A stretch of DNA of 64,000 nt, from positions 101,420 through 165,419 of IMG/VR virus record IMGVR_UViG_3300032007_000023; one strand, given 5' to 3'. Both the position numbers and the translations under genes were made by a program. Source of the stretch: a virus (taxonomy: Duplodnaviria; Caudoviricetes). The notes beneath the pieces were generated by a model. It did no database searches. It was not told the DNA's origin and saw only the letters and a list, made by a program, of their open reading frames with translations. Below, piece after piece: positions 10,731 through 20,888 of the stretch. Numbering within the stretch: position 1 is the first letter of the stretch; each line of letters opens with the position of its first letter.

Positions 10731-13700
10731 TTAATAAGAATCCCAGTATTTAGAAGGTGTGCTTCTCGCAGGAGCATCGATCAGATTCTGTTCGAGCTTC
10801 TTCTTCAGACGCATATACTCATATTTCTCTTTACGAGCTTCAGGTGTATTTATTCCTTCAAGGTCTTTGATCTTTTCATCAACAACCTTGAGTTCAGCTT
10901 CAAGCTCATTTTGGAGCTCTTTCTTGATCCTATTACGATCAGCAAGTCTGAGACCTTCTACACCTGCAACTGTAAGACCGAGATATGGTTGTATAGAGAA
11001 TGCCACACTCACCAAGCCTAACTTGACAGCAAGACGTGATGCTTTAAATACTGCAGAACGGTAGCTTTTGTTCTCGAGGAGTTCGGATTTAACATTGTCT
11101 TCATCTCGTTTGATCAGAGAATCAACGACTTTTGTGAGCCATTGTTTAATTCTGGTAACGGGTTTCAGGACAGCTTTACCGGTATTGGCAAATTTCTGTA
11201 CACCATGTTTCGCTTTCTGTTGTTTAGGAAGCGTCTTACGGTCACGGTCCATTGCCTTAGTTAAAAGATCCTCCTTAGGAGGTTTAGCAGTCAATCCAGC
11301 TGATTGGGGCTCTTTGGATTCTAAGAACATAAACATCTCTTGAACTGTTTTACCAGAAGAGAGTTTTTGCTCCCCATCTTTCTTGGTGGGTGAATCCTTA
11401 GTATCATCAGAATCGTTGCTATTATTATTATTGTTAGAACCCTTGGTCTGAGTGGAATGACTACGATCACTATTATCAGTTTTTGACTTCTTCACATTAC
11501 TCTTCTTGATAGATTTGTTTGATGAAGAATCTGTCTGATTGTCGTGAGAATTATCGTTGTCCGAATTGGACTTATTGTTTGAATTTGTGTTGGTGGTGTT
11601 AGTTGTCTTACCAGTTGAATGGTCATCATTGGTTGTAGTGTTGGTTGTAGTATTATTTGAGTCACGGTTGAAAGAATTTGTGTAGTTGTTTGTAATGTTT
11701 ACAACAACCTTTCCTTCAGCCTTATCCTTATTAGGATTATTCTCAAAACCAGCACCAATCATATCACCAAGATTGTCACCACCAGCAGAAAGCTTGGCAT
11801 CGATAGAATCTGTGATTTCCGGTACAGGATTCTGTGGAACTCCTTCAGGTATTCCAGCAGGAGTAACAGTTGCTCCAACAGTATCAGTCATCTTGAAACG
11901 TGTCTTCATGTACTCAGGAATTTCACCGGTTTCCTGTTCCATGATAACTGCAAACGCATTAATATCTAATACAACTCCGTATTCATTCACGTGTTTAGCG
12001 ATATATTCTATACGTCTATTTTTTGCAGCACGCCATGCAGCAATATTTTCTTCAACAACTTCTATTGCTTCTTCTGCTTCCTCAACTGTTTCTCTATCTA
12101 CAAGAAGTCTATCGATTTCTTCAAGTTTTTTGGTTATGTTATTAAGGAATTTCTTCTCTTCATCAGATGGGTTGTTTTTCCAGAGACTGTAGAATTTAGA
12201 TTCAAGATCCTTGTATTCCTTTCTGAGTTTGGCTCTTTCTGGATCTGATTTATCCTTCTTTTTGCTTCTGTTTATTATGTCATGATATACCTGTGCATTT
12301 TTTTTCAGTTCTTGTTCGCCTTCTTTATACATTCTCTCCAAAGACTTAATCGCGGATTTGGAAGATGTCTTCTTTGCGCCATACTTATCCGCCATTAATT
12401 CCTCTGGTGCCCAATCATGATCATTATCCTTATCAGCGTCCGACGCAGTTTTCCATTTCTTATCAAGAAATTCCTGTGCCTTATTGAACTCCTCTTTGGA
12501 ATCTTTATGATGTACATGAGCGACATCTACGGAATAAGTATCTCTAGTATCAGAATGATGACCATGTGCGATATGTCCTTCTTCATGACGCAAAGTAAAT
12601 GCTGCATACCACGATTTTTGTTTCAGATCTTTTCTTCTCACATATATGACTGGTTTACCATCTTCGAAACACATACATGGGCCATCAATATCATTATTAA
12701 TGATAAGCTTAGCTCTCATTTTTTCTTTACCATTAGGCATTGTTATATCAGTCAATATTGTATCAGTTTTTGGATCATAATCAAATTTCTTGAGAGTTCT
12801 CTTCATATGAGTCTGCTTACTTTCCTGAAATACATATGCTTCAGTAACAGGTTTCTCACCAGATTCATCCTTTACGTTTGCAATAGCAGGACCATCAGCA
12901 TCTTTAACAACTGCAGAATTTACAAATTCAAGATCACCCTTCATAGCAAGTATATCTTTAGCAAGTGAAGATATCTTTCTTACACTATCTGCTTCTTTGA
13001 TATTCTTTCCAACGAAAGGATTGATATTTATCTTTTTAACAGTTGCAAGCAACTCTTCTATCTTTTCACGAAGATTCTTAAGAGTGTTGATCTCCTGATC
13101 CTGAAGTTTACCACATGAACCAGTTTCACCACGAGTAACGTACTTCAATGCCTGTTTTACGTTAGACTTAGCTTCACCTTTGAAGGTATTGATACATGAA
13201 TTGTTTGTCCACTGATTCTTCTTAGCGAGATCAGATATCTTCTGCATCTCAGTCATAAGAATATTGATAGCAGTACGGAGACGTTCACGATTCTTTTCAG
13301 AAGTAGCTTCCTGGAATACGTATTCGGGATCTCCATCATACCAGCATTCGTTAACAAAGTCATCATTATCAATAATGAAGGAAAGCTTTGGTTTCAAAGC
13401 AACAATCTGTCTTGCTATGTCAGCAATCTTTCTTGTACGCTTTTGAGTTTTATCATTCTTCATGATATTTATCTCTTTGAGCCAGTTACGAGGATTTATC
13501 CAGAATAACTTAACATTTGCCCAAAGATCACCAGCAAGATCATTGAGGGTTCTGAGGGTTTGCATCTGTTCAGATGTAAAACTACCTCTCTTACCCTTGA
13601 GAGCTTTCTTTGTAGAATGATAAACCTGTTTGATGTTTGAATGATTCTCTGATGATAATGTTGGACTTCCGGGTGCAATTCCTATGAGGAATCTTACCGG

Positions 13701-15377
13701 GTTTATAGTCTCTTTATAACGAGAACCAAAACTGTTTGCATTCCAACGATGCTGTTTATCCATCTTAACAATCTCTTCCATGTTAGCCATCAAAGAGCAT
13801 ACACCCTGCTGGAAAGCATCTCTCTTTGAACGCATTGATTCCTGGACGAAATTGAATTGTTGAGAATTTATGTCATTGAATGATTCACCAATGTATTCCT
13901 CAACAAGGAAAGGTGAAAGACCAGCATTGTACATCTTATCACCGATTGTATCGATTTCACACTCAACGATATGAGAGAACTGCTCACATGTCATCATATC
14001 TGATATAGACATATCACCAAGTTTGTTTAACTCATTAGCAACGTACTCGGATACAGTCTTTGTATCATCAACCTTATCTTCAGGAGATGGATCTGGAGCA
14101 TCCTGATCATTGGTATATGTTTTAGCAGTGCGAGAGTTCTTATTGATCTTACCTCTGATTTCTTTAACGAACTGATCTTCGGTTCTCTCCTTCTTAACCG
14201 CATCAGGAGCATAGTTATAAACGATATCAAGATAGATTCTTGAGTCGAATATATTGAAAAGAGTCAGTAATGTATTATTAGAAATAGAAGCATCAGGATC
14301 ATTAACAAGATTAAGCTTCAAGAAGTCTTCGATGAACTTGATCGTTCCTTCCTTATCAGACTTGAAAGTCGTAAAGATATCATAGTTCTCGAAACGCTTT
14401 GCTCCATTATTCTGCTTTATAATAGAAGCATATGACTTCGTATAGTTTTCAGTATTGAACTTTCCGTTGAACTTCTTGGGATTGTCAAATACCTTAACAA
14501 GAATAAATGGAACGATTGTATCACTGAGGTCTCTCATATTCTTCCAGAAATCACTCTTGAAGAATGTAGCAAGATCATCCGTTGAGTCACACTTACGAAG
14601 TCCAGCAACAAGATCATTTATAGTTTTCTCAAATTGATTTGATACTAACCACTTCTTTGTCTTTGTTGAATACTTCATGTGCTTCGGCTTTGTATCAGTG
14701 AAATAATTGATCTCAGCGGCTTCCTGTACTGAATCATCTACATAGATCTCATATCCCTGAAGAGGAGTTCTATTGATAATACGCTCAGTCTGTTCACCAA
14801 TATCAAGTGAATCAGGAAGCTCGATATGATCGTTCTTGAATATTCCTTCAACATAGAATCCTTCATCAAATATCTTTTCTTCAAGATCCAATTCAGGAAT
14901 CTCATCAAGAGGAATAAACTTACCAAACTCATCAAGTACGTCAGCATACTGATCAGGTTTGGTAAAGATTTCGAAGGTATAAATACCATTCATGAACTTG
15001 ATAAAATCCTGGAAGTTATCTGCGATAACCTGAAGGAGTTTGAAACCAACATATGCATCAATAGCATTGATCATCATTTCATTATTTGAACTGATGATTG
15101 TTTCATATACTCCATCAACAGGATCTATCTTCTGAATGTTTTCATTGATCATCTCAATGATACCATTCATCTTTCCTTCGTCTTCAAGCCATGTTGGATC
15201 AACTGACTCAAGACGAGAAAGAATTCTTTCTACTGTTGCATCAAGTTCAAACTCTCCATCAAGAACGGGAAAGTTCTTTACCTTGAAACCAGAAGAACAA
15301 AATTCATTCAGACTGTTTATGGCAGTCTGAATGTTTGTAAAGTATGCTTGTTTGATTATGATATTATTTTCACCCAT
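10731..15377 (-). CDS. Large multi-domain internal head protein with HExxH metallopeptidase-like module (1548 aa)
   Basis: Start moved to ATG 15377. Multiple xQE sites, a tandem duplicated domain, LRHEEGH...ELMADKYG motif, N/T/S-rich linker and C-terminal hydrophobic segment. Confidence 0.65.
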   Translation of the reverse strand: MGENNIIIKQAYFTNIQTAINSLNEFCSSGFKVKNFPVLDGEFELDATVERILSRLESVDPTWLEDEGKMNGIIEMINENIQKIDPVDGVYETIISSNNEMMINAIDAYVGFKLLQVIADNFQDFIKFMNGIYTFEIFTKPDQYADVLDEFGKFIPLDEIPELDLEEKIFDEGFYVEGIFKNDHIELPDSLDIGEQTERIINRTPLQGYEIYVDDSVQEAAEINYFTDTKPKHMKYSTKTKKWLVSNQFEKTINDLVAGLRKCDSTDDLATFFKSDFWKNMRDLSDTIVPFILVKVFDNPKKFNGKFNTENYTKSYASIIKQNNGAKRFENYDIFTTFKSDKEGTIKFIEDFLKLNLVNDPDASISNNTLLTLFNIFDSRIYLDIVYNYAPDAVKKERTEDQFVKEIRGKINKNSRTAKTYTNDQDAPDPSPEDKVDDTKTVSEYVANELNKLGDMSISDMMTCEQFSHIVECEIDTIGDKMYNAGLSPFLVEEYIGESFNDINSQQFNFVQESMRSKRDAFQQGVCSLMANMEEIVKMDKQHRWNANSFGSRYKETINPVRFLIGIAPGSPTLSSENHSNIKQVYHSTKKALKGKRGSFTSEQMQTLRTLNDLAGDLWANVKLFWINPRNWLKEINIMKNDKTQKRTRKIADIARQIVALKPKLSFIIDNDDFVNECWYDGDPEYVFQEATSEKNRERLRTAINILMTEMQKISDLAKKNQWTNNSCINTFKGEAKSNVKQALKYVTRGETGSCGKLQDQEINTLKNLREKIEELLATVKKININPFVGKNIKEADSVRKISSLAKDILAMKGDLEFVNSAVVKDADGPAIANVKDESGEKPVTEAYVFQESKQTHMKRTLKKFDYDPKTDTILTDITMPNGKEKMRAKLIINNDIDGPCMCFEDGKPVIYVRRKDLKQKSWYAAFTLRHEEGHIAHGHHSDTRDTYSVDVAHVHHKDSKEEFNKAQEFLDKKWKTASDADKDNDHDWAPEELMADKYGAKKTSSKSAIKSLERMYKEGEQELKKNAQVYHDIINRSKKKDKSDPERAKLRKEYKDLESKFYSLWKNNPSDEEKKFLNNITKKLEEIDRLLVDRETVEEAEEAIEVVEENIAAWRAAKNRRIEYIAKHVNEYGVVLDINAFAVIMEQETGEIPEYMKTRFKMTDTVGATVTPAGIPEGVPQNPVPEITDSIDAKLSAGGDNLGDMIGAGFENNPNKDKAEGKVVVNITNNYTNSFNRDSNNTTTNTTTNDDHSTGKTTNTTNTNSNNKSNSDNDNSHDNQTDSSSNKSIKKSNVKKSKTDNSDRSHSTQTKGSNNNNNSNDSDDTKDSPTKKDGEQKLSSGKTVQEMFMFLESKEPQSAGLTAKPPKEDLLTKAMDRDRKTLPKQQKAKHGVQKFANTGKAVLKPVTRIKQWLTKVVDSLIKRDEDNVKSELLENKSYRSAVFKASRLAVKLGLVSVAFSIQPYLGLTVAGVEGLRLADRNRIKKELQNELEAELKVVDEKIKDLEGINTPEARKEKYEYMRLKKKLEQNLIDAPARSTPSKYWDSY

Positions 15378-15378
15378 A

Positions 15379-16224
15379 TTAGAAACCACCTTCCATGATT
15401 ATAGAAAGTGCCTCTTTACGAATGTCACCTCTGAGCGGTATATGTATACGTGAAGTATCAGCCTGTTCAACAACTATTGAACCATTCTGAATACCCATAA
15501 TTTCATCTGTAGAGAACTGGAATGATTCACACACAACCTTCATTGTTTCATCCTGTTCACAGCAATAGTTTGCAAGTTCCTTAAGGAATACAACTGTTGA
15601 CTCCTGATGAACCGAAGGAGTGATGTCTGCTTCTGCACCAGCATGAGATGGGAAATCAACCATGTCAAAAGTAATAACCTTTGACACTCTCATGTTAGGC
15701 TGGTTTATAGGAGCATTAGGAATCATGTTACCCAACAGACGTACTGAGAAACAAGGCACTGCACCATTATCAATGATTTCTGATGCAACAGCCTTACCGC
15801 AGTCTGTGCCGCCATGTGTGGAGATGTGTGCTCTGTAGCGATCTCCTTCGAGTCTTGGTCTTGCTATAAAGTGGGAAGTAAGTTTAGGATCAGGAATAGT
15901 CATTCTTATATCAGAATACTGCTGTCCTTTGATATCCGGATTTGGATGGTTCCATTCACCACGCCATTGATGACGACGGAGCAAATCGTTGATACGTTCA
16001 TCGGATGCAATTACATTATCAATGTTATTTGCATCATAACGACGTCTCATACGATTGTACACATTGAATGTCATCAAAGTTGATTCAAACTCACAAATCG
16101 GAATACCCGTAACTTCAGACCTTCTCACTGTATATCCATTAACAGGAAGCTCCGAGGAGATTGGCGCCTCCTGAACAAAACACGCAGTCTCATACTTGTT
16201 TGTCTGAGTGCTCTTTAAAGGCAT
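15379..16224 (-). CDS. Prohead core protease (T4 gp21 / phiKZ gp175-like)
   Basis: GEWNHP (His), FSVRLLG (Ser) and ITFDMVDFPSH (Asp) match the T4 gp21-type GExxHP / SxR / DxVxxPS pattern; candidate self-cleavage sites FVQE and VHQE. Confidence 0.85.
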   Translation of the reverse strand: MPLKSTQTNKYETACFVQEAPISSELPVNGYTVRRSEVTGIPICEFESTLMTFNVYNRMRRRYDANNIDNVIASDERINDLLRRHQWRGEWNHPNPDIKGQQYSDIRMTIPDPKLTSHFIARPRLEGDRYRAHISTHGGTDCGKAVASEIIDNGAVPCFSVRLLGNMIPNAPINQPNMRVSKVITFDMVDFPSHAGAEADITPSVHQESTVVFLKELANYCCEQDETMKVVCESFQFSTDEIMGIQNGSIVVEQADTSRIHIPLRGDIRKEALSIIMEGGF

Positions 16225-16260
16225 ACAAATCTTCCTTTCATAAGTTATTTGTTAATATTA

Positions 16261-16282
16261 GGCGGCCCCATAGTGGGCCGCC
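16261..16282. terminator. Hairpin terminator
   Basis: GGCGGCCC-CATAGT-GGGCCGCC downstream of 16298..17797. Confidence 0.7.
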
Positions 16283-16297
16283 CCATAAGTTGCGATA

Positions 16298-17797
16298 TTA
16301 TTTCCAGTAGTAACCAGAATGAGACTCAGTAACAACTTCTTCGTCATCACTGATTTCTTCTTCGGTTGATTCCCAGATATATGTTCCGTCAGATTGTTTC
16401 TTGAATGAGCCGCCTAAGCCTGCACCAGGAATGATAGATCCTGTTTTTCTATTGACATTTTTTGTTGGCTGACCATCCTGGATCTTAAGATCAGTTCCAT
16501 TCTTATTTTTCAAGAATTCCTGAACCTGATCCAATGTATATTTTTTGCCATCGCCTTTTTGAGGTTCTGAAGATTCGGCTGTTGCTCCGGTTTCACCTTC
16601 ACCAGAAGCCTCACCATTCTCTACAGCATCAGCAGCAGGAACAGTGTCTTCAGTGCCTTCGGCAGAACCTTCTGATGCGTCAGCACCTTCGCCCTCACCC
16701 TCAGTAGGAGTTTCGCCTTCAGGAGTTTCAGCAGCAGTCTGATTTTCACCACCAGCAGATTGCTCTACATCATCAGCAATCTTCTTTCTGAGGTGTAAGA
16801 AATCACAGATTTTTGCAAAGATCTTTGAAAGAAGTGCTGTTATCTTACCGATAACACCGATCTTCTTTGCATTCTCTCCGTCTTTCTTTATTTCCTCAGG
16901 AGTCATCTTCTCGATTTCTTCATCGGTATATTCAGGAATATTTTCCATCTTAGCCTTTTCAAGCACGGCTTTTGTTTCTGTTACTGCAGTAGCAACCTGA
17001 GCAGCATCATAAGTCTGTTCATCATTAGTAAAGAGACCCTTGAGCCTATCAATAACGGTTGTTAATGCGCCATTGATTTCATCCGGATTCTTCTTAGCCT
17101 GGAGATAATTGAATAACATTACTATTCCATCGAGTATTTGTGGGGTTCCGATAACAGCAAGAGTTGTAGCAATACCACCCTTTTTGAAAGCAAATGTTAC
17201 ATTAGCTGCACCCACTGCGGTAATGCCTAAACCAGTAAGAAGACTCTTAATGCTTCCAGCATCCTCTATTATATCAGGAGCAATTTTTGCCAGAATAACA
17301 GCTGTTCCGATATCGGCAGCTATAAGACCAAGTGTTGATGCATTGGCCTTGATCCAGTTTTCATCTTTACCTGATATCTGTTCGATAACATTATTAGCTT
17401 TTTCAGAAACAGTCTCAGCAGCAGGAACAACCTTACCACTCCAGCATTTCTTAATGAAATTACCTATTGATTTAAAGACATTCTTGATGAAGTTCCATAT
17501 CTTAGAGAAGATATTCTGCTTCTTTTGTCCAAGACCTGCATCAACCTGTCCAGAAGGATTGCCCTGCTGAACAGCGGTACCTTCACCCTCTTTGTTTCCA
17601 GTAGCTTCTTCAGCTTCCTGATAGATAGAGAACATGTCAAGATCATTGCCATTGTAATTCTCAAGAATTACAGAGGCTTTATCGACCTGATCAAGCAGAG
17701 ACATGAGCACACCAAACTCTGATTCCTGAACTATTTCGTTCATTGAATCAATAGAGGCAAGAACCTCAGTACGTGTATTCACATTCATTAGATTCAC
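16298..17797 (-). CDS. Internal head protein with shared propeptide
   Basis: N-terminal EVLASIDSMNE...IYQE|A leader, amphipathic helix NIFSKIWNFIKNVFKSI, hydrophobic middle, acidic C-terminus ending VTE|S. Confidence 0.65.
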   Translation of the reverse strand: MNLMNVNTRTEVLASIDSMNEIVQESEFGVLMSLLDQVDKASVILENYNGNDLDMFSIYQEAEEATGNKEGEGTAVQQGNPSGQVDAGLGQKKQNIFSKIWNFIKNVFKSIGNFIKKCWSGKVVPAAETVSEKANNVIEQISGKDENWIKANASTLGLIAADIGTAVILAKIAPDIIEDAGSIKSLLTGLGITAVGAANVTFAFKKGGIATTLAVIGTPQILDGIVMLFNYLQAKKNPDEINGALTTVIDRLKGLFTNDEQTYDAAQVATAVTETKAVLEKAKMENIPEYTDEEIEKMTPEEIKKDGENAKKIGVIGKITALLSKIFAKICDFLHLRKKIADDVEQSAGGENQTAAETPEGETPTEGEGEGADASEGSAEGTEDTVPAADAVENGEASGEGETGATAESSEPQKGDGKKYTLDQVQEFLKNKNGTDLKIQDGQPTKNVNRKTGSIIPGAGLGGSFKKQSDGTYIWESTEEEISDDEEVVTESHSGYYWK

Positions 17798-17836
17798 TTT
17801 CCTTTCATAAATAGAATATTAACATTTCGTATCTTA

Positions 17837-19033
17837 TTAAGACTTAACGTCATTGATACGATACATGATATACGTAGCAATCAGACATATGTATGCTTTA
17901 ACAATACTCTGATCGACTTTATACTTTTTAGACAGAGTTGAGATAATCGGTTTACCGGCAATTGCTCGGTCTATGGCAGTAGGAAGGTTGGTTATTCTGG
18001 ATATATACTTTGTCGTATTAATATCCTCGATAGTGTTACCCTCTTTGACAATAAACACATAGAATATTGTGTCTATTATATTACCAATATCATCAGAATG
18101 AATTTGTTGTGCGAAATCGTACAACGAATCAACTCTGACATTTTTCAAACGAGCAATGCCGATATACAGATTACCCTTGTCTTTGTACAACTGGTCTCCA
18201 CCATTGATTCTTCTCACCAAACCTTGGCGTATCTTAATAGTGTTATTTGTTTCAAGATACTCATCAGATGAATTAACGTCATCACCAATCAAGTTACCCT
18301 TATCCATGTTATCAAAATACTGATTCGCCAGCAAGCGTAGGTTCTGTTGGAATGACGTTCTGACACGATTCAAGAACTGGACAAGAATCGTAGCAGACAT
18401 GTTGAGATCCATCTTCGTTCTCCAGAAACCATAAGCAGTTTCTATTGTACCACCTATCCAGTTTATAACATTTTCCGATTTAACCAGATTCCAAGAATTA
18501 TCAAGGTTAAGATAAACATAAGCCATGGTAGATTCAATTGGATGAGGTGGATGGAAGAAATGATTGAAGACGTTGTTGTACACTGAGAGACCCATTTGCT
18601 GTTTTGCTGAGTCTCTCAGTTGTCTATGCTGAATCATATCAGCATATACTAAAACGATTGAGTGAATGACATTGGTTGGATTCTGCACAATCGTCTGGAA
18701 AGAAGTCTTGTCATTAACAGATTTGAGAATCTGTTTGATTGTTTCTTTAAATGTCTTTTGTTCGAAACCGAACATACGAAAGACATTATCAACATAAGCA
18801 CGAGGGAATGATACAGGTTTGGTAGGAAATTCTTTTGACAACATCTCGGAATTAGCCTCAAGAAATTCATTACCATACTTGATATATTCCGTTCTGCTTT
18901 TGGGATGTTCAAGTACAGATATAATCGGTTCGATTATTTGTGTACGAAGAGGAGTATTTTCGGGATCATGTATTGATGCCTCTACGAATATCGTAGCTTC
19001 CTCCTCGGTGAAAGCTTCCTGGAGGAAAAACAT
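17837..19033 (-). CDS. Hypothetical (probable virion) protein
   Basis: 398 aa, GGAGG RBS, N-terminal LQE|A and FVE|A candidate sites. Confidence 0.6.
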   Translation of the reverse strand: MFFLQEAFTEEEATIFVEASIHDPENTPLRTQIIEPIISVLEHPKSRTEYIKYGNEFLEANSEMLSKEFPTKPVSFPRAYVDNVFRMFGFEQKTFKETIKQILKSVNDKTSFQTIVQNPTNVIHSIVLVYADMIQHRQLRDSAKQQMGLSVYNNVFNHFFHPPHPIESTMAYVYLNLDNSWNLVKSENVINWIGGTIETAYGFWRTKMDLNMSATILVQFLNRVRTSFQQNLRLLANQYFDNMDKGNLIGDDVNSSDEYLETNNTIKIRQGLVRRINGGDQLYKDKGNLYIGIARLKNVRVDSLYDFAQQIHSDDIGNIIDTIFYVFIVKEGNTIEDINTTKYISRITNLPTAIDRAIAGKPIISTLSKKYKVDQSIVKAYICLIATYIMYRINDVKS

Positions 19034-19047
19034 ATAAATCCCTCCTA

Positions 19048-19614
19048 TTAGTCGTTGTTACGATTCTTCTTGTTCTTCTTCTTATTACGAGGTCTGAACT
19101 CTTTTTCCTCAGTAACAACTTCTTCTGCCTCTTCAGCAGCCTCAGCTACTTCCTCAACTTCATCAGCAGGATCATCAAGATCTTCAGCAACTTCTTCAGT
19201 TACTTCCTCAACAACAGGAGCAGCAACTTCTACTGTTTCTTCAACAGCAACATCTTCTGTCTGAGCGAGGTCAACAGATACAAGAACTGGTTCCTCAACC
19301 TTAGGCTCTTCAACAACAGGAGCAGGCTTAACCTCTTCCTTCTTCTTTGCTTTGGGAGCCTTCTTAGGCTCTTCCTTCTTAACCTCAACAACCGGTGTTG
19401 CTTCTTCAGCAGCCTTCTTTGTTTCAGCAAGAGATGCTTCAAAAGCAGCATCAAGATTGGTACGAGTGATAAGACCTGTACCTACACCAAATACTCTGAA
19501 ATTCTTAAAGTTAAGAAGTCTTGAGATCTGGTCTCTACTGAGATCGATGTTGTATACAGGCGCAACACGATCAACTCCGGGTATACGACCCTTACCGTCA
19601 ATATTTACTTTCAT
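19048..19614 (-). CDS. Hypothetical protein with low-complexity E/K/V/A tail
   Basis: 188 aa, AAGGAG RBS; folded N-terminus, acidic middle, basic C-terminus. Confidence 0.75.
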   Translation of the reverse strand: MKVNIDGKGRIPGVDRVAPVYNIDLSRDQISRLLNFKNFRVFGVGTGLITRTNLDAAFEASLAETKKAAEEATPVVEVKKEEPKKAPKAKKKEEVKPAPVVEEPKVEEPVLVSVDLAQTEDVAVEETVEVAAPVVEEVTEEVAEDLDDPADEVEEVAEAAEEAEEVVTEEKEFRPRNKKKNKKNRNND

Positions 19615-19647
19615 GATATAATTCTCCTTTACATATTAATTTGGATT

Positions 19648-20394
19648 TTAAGTTTTGTCAATGATACGTTTAACCTTCTCTACGCTGTAATATGATTCAG
19701 ATATAAGATCTGTTTTGATACCCATAGCCATGAAATACATATCAGCAGCAAGTAAAGTTGGTTTATCGTAAACATTTGTCTTTATATCAGACAACTTGAC
19801 AGAACCATTTTCGGCGATTGCAGAGAGCATATTATCGTACTCTTTGACATTATCACCACGAGCACCTGAGATTTCTGATAAGATAACTTCTCCACCAACA
19901 CCCGCGATAACTTCGTTTTCAATTCCAGTTGTTGTACCACCTTTAGATTCACCTTTAGCAGCACCTGTCATATCATCACGGTTATCATCGCTCAAAGCCA
20001 GACCTGTTTTCTTTGAAGCGAGTTGTTGGGTACGTTTGATGTTAAGCCATCCAACCAATACAGGCTGTTTCGTTCTTATGGGTCGGTTCGGATTACTTGA
20101 GACATGTGGAAGATACACATATTCAAATAATTTTATCTTGAGATAATCAGCAGCTTTCTCTACATTTTCAAATCTAAGAGTACGTTTTCCGTCACCATAT
20201 TCCTCAATGTCAAGACGGAAGTTGCTTTTCTCATCAGCTAAAAATGCTTCAATCCATTTAGTGAATTGATCATCATTCATGGATTCAAACATCTTACGAT
20301 ATTTATTTGCATTAATACCCGTAGGATCCATAAGCAGAAGAGTCTTTTTAACAGTATCTTCTATTTTCTTTCGTTTTGCACTTATATCAGCCAA
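19648..20394 (-). CDS. Phage (virion) RNA polymerase beta-subunit C-terminal fragment
   Basis: PVLVGWLNIKRTQQLASKK, TGAAKGESKGGTTTGIENEVIAGVG and ILSEISGARGDN align by eye with RpoB C-terminal PVTVGYMYMLKLx[26 protein letters not shown] and LQEMLTVKSDD. Confidence 0.7.
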   Translation of the reverse strand: MADISAKRKKIEDTVKKTLLLMDPTGINANKYRKMFESMNDDQFTKWIEAFLADEKSNFRLDIEEYGDGKRTLRFENVEKAADYLKIKLFEYVYLPHVSSNPNRPIRTKQPVLVGWLNIKRTQQLASKKTGLALSDDNRDDMTGAAKGESKGGTTTGIENEVIAGVGGEVILSEISGARGDNVKEYDNMLSAIAENGSVKLSDIKTNVYDKPTLLAADMYFMAMGIKTDLISESYYSVEKVKRIIDKT

Positions 20395-20408
20395 TTATAT
20401 CACCTACC

Positions 20409-20888
20409 TCAAATTGCAACTTTTCTTACATATAATCTATTGAGCTTATCATAAGATATACCAATGATTACGTGTCCTGATTCAGCACCATATCCAAGAC
20501 GTTCATTACCAGTAATTTCAACAATCACAGCATCATGACCTTCATCGGTTTTATCAAGTTTTACTTCGATATCAAAACCAACCATACCGATCATATTACA
20601 CTGGTCATTTATCTTATCCAATATTGCAGTAGGAATATGTGGATCATCTGCATATTCAAATAAGTATGATTCAATATCAATACCTAATTCGGGTATTGAT
20701 GGAAATTGACCAGGTTTCATAAAGAGTAATGTGAGTATAGTATTGATACCAAGATCGAAGGATGAGATGACTTTTGGTTTACCCATTGAATCAGTATCTA
20801 ATAAGACATCATAATTCAATGTCTGAAATGAACGAGGATACTTTCCTTTTATTTCATCAAGATAGATTCCATTTGTATCAAGAGCCAT
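20409..20888 (-). CDS. Baseplate wedge protein, T4 gp25/gpW-like
   Basis: ILTLLFMKPGQFPSIPELGIDIESYLFE matches the gp25 pattern (LLxTxxGExxxxPxFGxxLxxxLFE); start moved to ATG 20888. Confidence 0.7.
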   Translation of the reverse strand: MALDTNGIYLDEIKGKYPRSFQTLNYDVLLDTDSMGKPKVISSFDLGINTILTLLFMKPGQFPSIPELGIDIESYLFEYADDPHIPTAILDKINDQCNMIGMVGFDIEVKLDKTDEGHDAVIVEITGNERLGYGAESGHVIIGISYDKLNRLYVRKVAI

